From positions 899,903 to 963,902 of the forward strand of contig KV454017.1 in NCBI GenBank assembly GCA_001661245.1: a stretch of 64,000 bases of DNA. Reading direction: 5' to 3'. This document shows, piece by piece, positions 60,168-64,000 of this stretch. The number at the start of each line of letters is the position of its first letter. Position 1 is the first letter of the stretch. Under the pieces are notes generated by a model. The model made no database searches. It saw only the letters and a list, made by a program, of their open reading frames with translations, and had not been told where the DNA came from. The position numbers were made by a program, and so were the translations under genes. The DNA comes from Pachysolen tannophilus NRRL Y-2460 (taxonomy: Eukaryota).

Positions 60168-60759
60168 AACTTTATAGATATTATTAAATCATTTGAATCA
60201 TTTTTCTCCATTTCATCAAACGTTGTATATAGATATAATAATATAGGAAAAACTACAAAAAGAAACATCATTTGATGCTACATCAAACAATGCTATGTCA
60301 AACAAATTATGTATGTAAGTTCAAAGCACGTGAAAAACAGGGATTTACCATATTATATTTCTGATTGAAAAGGTGGTTGGGTTGTTCATCAATTTTGCTA
60401 TTTGCTGAAAGCAGATTTCTGGTAGGAATAACTGACACCTTATAGCCAATCGGAATTGCAACCAAAACCAAGAACCATTTTTCTCTTTTTTTTTCACTTC
60501 CCTTTTTTTTCTTTTTGGTCAATTGTCCTTAACTAACTGACTAGTCTTTTCATTAGTTCAACTTTAGTTCAATTGAGGAATTTAGTAATTGTTCTTATAA
60601 ATTGAATTGTATTATTGAAGTCTAGACTCTTTAAAAAAGTTGAGGTATTAATCATTTTCCACAGTTTATAAATTGAGGAGAATTTCCCAATTGATTTCTA
60701 AAAGAATAACCAAAGACCAATAATTATAATTGTTAATAATAATATAATCTCTTGTAAAG

Positions 60760-61393
60760 ATGGTTTCCTATAAAGTTGGTGGTAAGTATTGAATTATTTC
60801 AATTGAATTGATATTTGTATAACATTTTAAGTACTAATCACTAATATTAAATATTAATATTAATACGTATTAAATTTCAATTTATAGATAAATTTCCAAC
60901 TAAAGTTGATTTCCAATATATTCCATACGTACCGGAAAATTCTGATATCTTGGCTTGTTCAATTCCAACGGTATATAGTCTTTCTAAAAAATTACCAGGT
61001 AGAACTGTTGTTATTGTTTCTGTTCCTGGTGCTTTCACTCCAACTTGTACTGCAGACCATATTCCACCTTATGTTGCCAAGATCAAGCAATTACGTGCCA
61101 AAGGTGTTGATGATGTTGTTGTTATAAGTGCTAATGATTCTTTTGTCTTGGCTGCTTGGGGTAAGGCATTGGGTGCTAAAGATGAAATTATCTTTGCATC
61201 CGATCCAAATGCTCTGGTTTCCACAGAATTAGGTTTACAAAAAGATTTGACCGCAGTAGGTTTCGGCATTAGAACCTCCAGATACGCAGCCATTGTTGTT
61301 GATGGCGTTATCAAGTACTTGGAGGAAGAACCGGGCCAAGGTGTCAGTGTCTCTGGTGTTGAATCGATCTTATCGGCCCTCGATAACATCTAA
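60760..61393 (+). CDS. AHP1: Prx5-type peroxiredoxin (Ahp1/Pmp20 family); intron 60782-60887
   Basis: GTAAGT..TACTAAT..TAG intron gives MVSYKVGDKFP..FQYIPY...ACSIP; VPGAFTPTCT..HIP, ND.FV..AW, RTSRYA. Confidence 0.85.
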
Positions 61394-61705
61394 TTAAAGA
61401 CCGATTTTTTATATGGATTTTTTTCTATTTTTGCTTTTTTTCAGTCGATTCGACTTGATTCAATAGAAACACATTGCTATCTAGTTAATTCAAAATCTCC
61501 TCTTTAATTTGAGAACCTTTTCTCTATATAAAAAATCCGAGAATTATTCATCTTGTAGTAATATTAGTTATTATTAGTAGTAGTAGTGTGTGACTTCAAA
61601 GTAGTAGTTAAAATGTATATGATAAAGTGTATTCCGGTGGTTTGATAGATAACAATTTATAGATTATTGTAATTGATTGGGATAAATTTGGATTTTTGTT
61701 AGGAT

Positions 61706-63688
61706 ATGTCTGATTTGGAATATGGAGATGAAGGGGAACATGAGTTTCTCTGCTTAGATGATGATGATGATTTGGATGAAGAACAGGAAGAAATAGTTTC
61801 GTTTGAGGAGTTTTCAGATTCTGGTTCAGTTAGTGATTTTGATTCTAAGAATATATCTGGGGAAGATGAGGACGATAATGATCATGATGATAATGATGAT
61901 GAGATTGATTATGATGTTGGTGAAATCAGAAGAGAGGGTTATAATGATGATAAGGAGAATAGTAGCGTACTGTTAAATAACATGTTAGGATTACTGAAAA
62001 GAATTGATTATGAGCTGCTTACATGGAAGGATCTTTTAAAAAAATTGAAAAATGATATTGATCAAATAGTTCAAGTATTGAATATTTCTGAAGATGATTG
62101 TTGTTTATTGCTTCAATATTTTAACTGGAATAAAGGTAAGATGATGGAAAGTTTTATGGATAATAATGAAAAGACAAATGATAATGCAGGATTAAATGGG
62201 AATGATTTTATTGATATTGAAAATAGGATTAAACAAGCAGAGAAAGGTACATTATGTCCAATATGTTGTATGGAATCCGATAATGAGATCAATCCTTTGT
62301 TAATTTTTAGTTTACCCTGTGGTCATGGATATTGTATTGATTGTTATATCCGTTATATAAAAGATAAAATCTTTGCCAATAATGCATTAATCAAATGTCC
62401 TGAATATACATGTAAATTAAATTTAAAACCATATAGAGATATCAAGATGATTAGTGATTATATGGTTGAAAATAAGATATTACCAGAACTTAAAATTAAA
62501 GATGAAAATATTACAAAAGAAAATGGGAATCGTTCAAAGACAAATAATTCAAACAGAAATGGGAATAATTCAAACGATTATGATTGGTCTTCATCTGAAG
62601 ATGAAGATGAAGATGAAAATGAAAATGAACAAGGTCAATATAGAGAAGGTAGAAATTTTAAAACTTCAATATATAAGAAAAATCCATTTATACTGGAACC
62701 AAAAACTTTATTTGAAAAATATGAAGAAAATTTAATCAAAATCTATGTTGAAAATCATTCAAATTATAAATGGTGTCCATCCCCTGATTGTAAGGGTTTA
62801 GTATTATTGGAAAATTATTCTAAAAATTATTTAAAAGAATTATCAACAGAAAATAAAAATAATCTTATACCAATAGTTTCATGTCCATTTGATCATTCTT
62901 TTTGTTTTTTGTGCAATTTTGAAAATCATTTACCTGTACCTTGCTGGGCTGTAAGATTATGGATTCAAAAATGTAAAGATGATTCAGAAACAGCAAAATG
63001 GATTGATGCAAATACAAAACAGTGTCCGAAATGTGAATCTGCTATTGAAAAAAATGGTGGATGTAACCATATGACATGTAAGAAATGTAGATACGATTTT
63101 TGCTGGATTTGTTTAGGAGTTTGGTCTAGTCATAATAATAGTTATTATAATTGTTCAAAATATAATGAAGAAGGAAATAAAGAAGTTAGAAACAAGCAAG
63201 AAAATTCGAAAAAATCTTTACAAAGATATTTACATTATTATAATCATTTCATATCTCAAGAATCTTCAATGAAAGGTGATAATATGTTTTGCTCAGATAT
63301 TGAAAATAAAATTATGAAAATTCATGAAAACGTGAAAGATGATGTATCATGGATAGAATTACAATTTTATAAAGATAGTGTTAATACGTTATTAAAGTGT
63401 AGACGTACTTTAAAATGGTCATATGCTTTAATTTATTATCTTAACTCTTCAAATTTTACATCCATTTTAACTGATAATCAGCTTTATTTAAGTAATAGCG
63501 TTGAAAAATTATCCAAATTATTTGAAATTTTTAAACCGGAAGAGATATTGAACAAAAAATTGGAATTTATTAACGTTTCGAATTATTTATTGAAAAGGGA
63601 AAAGGCTTTAATTGAATGTGCTATTGATGGAATTAATAATGGTGGATTGACTTTTTCAGTCAATCACAAGGGTCATGAGGTGAAGTAA
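61706..63688 (+). CDS. HEL1: Ariadne-family RBR E3 ubiquitin ligase
   Basis: Acidic N-terminus, RING1 CPICC..CGHGYC..C, IBR KWCPSPDC, RING2 TKQCPKC...IEKNGGCNHMTC..C..FCWICLG, Ariadne RYLHYY. Confidence 0.9.
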   Translation: MSDLEYGDEGEHEFLCLDDDDDLDEEQEEIVSFEEFSDSGSVSDFDSKNISGEDEDDNDHDDNDDEIDYDVGEIRREGYNDDKENSSVLLNNMLGLLKRIDYELLTWKDLLKKLKNDIDQIVQVLNISEDDCCLLLQYFNWNKGKMMESFMDNNEKTNDNAGLNGNDFIDIENRIKQAEKGTLCPICCMESDNEINPLLIFSLPCGHGYCIDCYIRYIKDKIFANNALIKCPEYTCKLNLKPYRDIKMISDYMVENKILPELKIKDENITKENGNRSKTNNSNRNGNNSNDYDWSSSEDEDEDENENEQGQYREGRNFKTSIYKKNPFILEPKTLFEKYEENLIKIYVENHSNYKWCPSPDCKGLVLLENYSKNYLKELSTENKNNLIPIVSCPFDHSFCFLCNFENHLPVPCWAVRLWIQKCKDDSETAKWIDANTKQCPKCESAIEKNGGCNHMTCKKCRYDFCWICLGVWSSHNNSYYNCSKYNEEGNKEVRNKQENSKKSLQRYLHYYNHFISQESSMKGDNMFCSDIENKIMKIHENVKDDVSWIELQFYKDSVNTLLKCRRTLKWSYALIYYLNSSNFTSILTDNQLYLSNSVEKLSKLFEIFKPEEILNKKLEFINVSNYLLKREKALIECAIDGINNGGLTFSVNHKGHEVK

Positions 63689-63781
63689 TTTTTTTGGTTT
63701 AAGGTTACTGCATATGTAGATAGAATTTTATTATATTTATTTGGATCAATATCATATATATACTCTATAGAAGATAAATAG

Positions 63782-63823
<42 letters not shown>

Positions 63824-64000
63824 ATTTTTAAAAAAATATGTAACATTCATATATATCAATATATATGAATTTCTTCTTTCTTTCAAAATCCAAGTGAAAC
63901 TTTTTCGTTAAAGTCTGAAAACGTATCAAGATAAAAAATTACACAATTGAATTAAAACCGAAAACCAATAGAAGCTATCTCATCATTTAACTTAAAGTTC

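Overview
AT-rich budding-yeast (Saccharomycotina) chromosomal DNA from a draft assembly with two N gaps. It holds about 28 protein-coding loci, 2 tRNA genes (intron-containing tRNA-Ser(UGA) and tRNA-Ala(AGC)) and at least 7 spliceosomal introns in 5 genes. I saw no mobile elements or CRISPR arrays. Main points: (1) IML2 is split by a clean ~1.04 kb inversion (57706-58742); the N-terminal half lies on the minus strand and the C-terminal half on the plus strand, and flipping the segment restores one in-frame 770-aa ORF. (2) In-frame CTG codons fall at alanine positions and in Q/A-rich tracts, suggesting the CUG-Ala genetic code (Pachysolen/Nakazawaea-type), so the supplied translations probably show Leu where Ala is encoded. 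(3) Two diverged paralogous Zn2Cys6 transcription-factor genes flank RPL4 in divergent orientation. (4) SET3 and the second Zn-cluster gene each carry a single-base frameshift, most likely homopolymer sequencing errors. (5) There are several recurrent intergenic motifs and a weak H/ACA snoRNA candidate. All gene names come from motif recognition and recalled homolog sequences; no searches were run.
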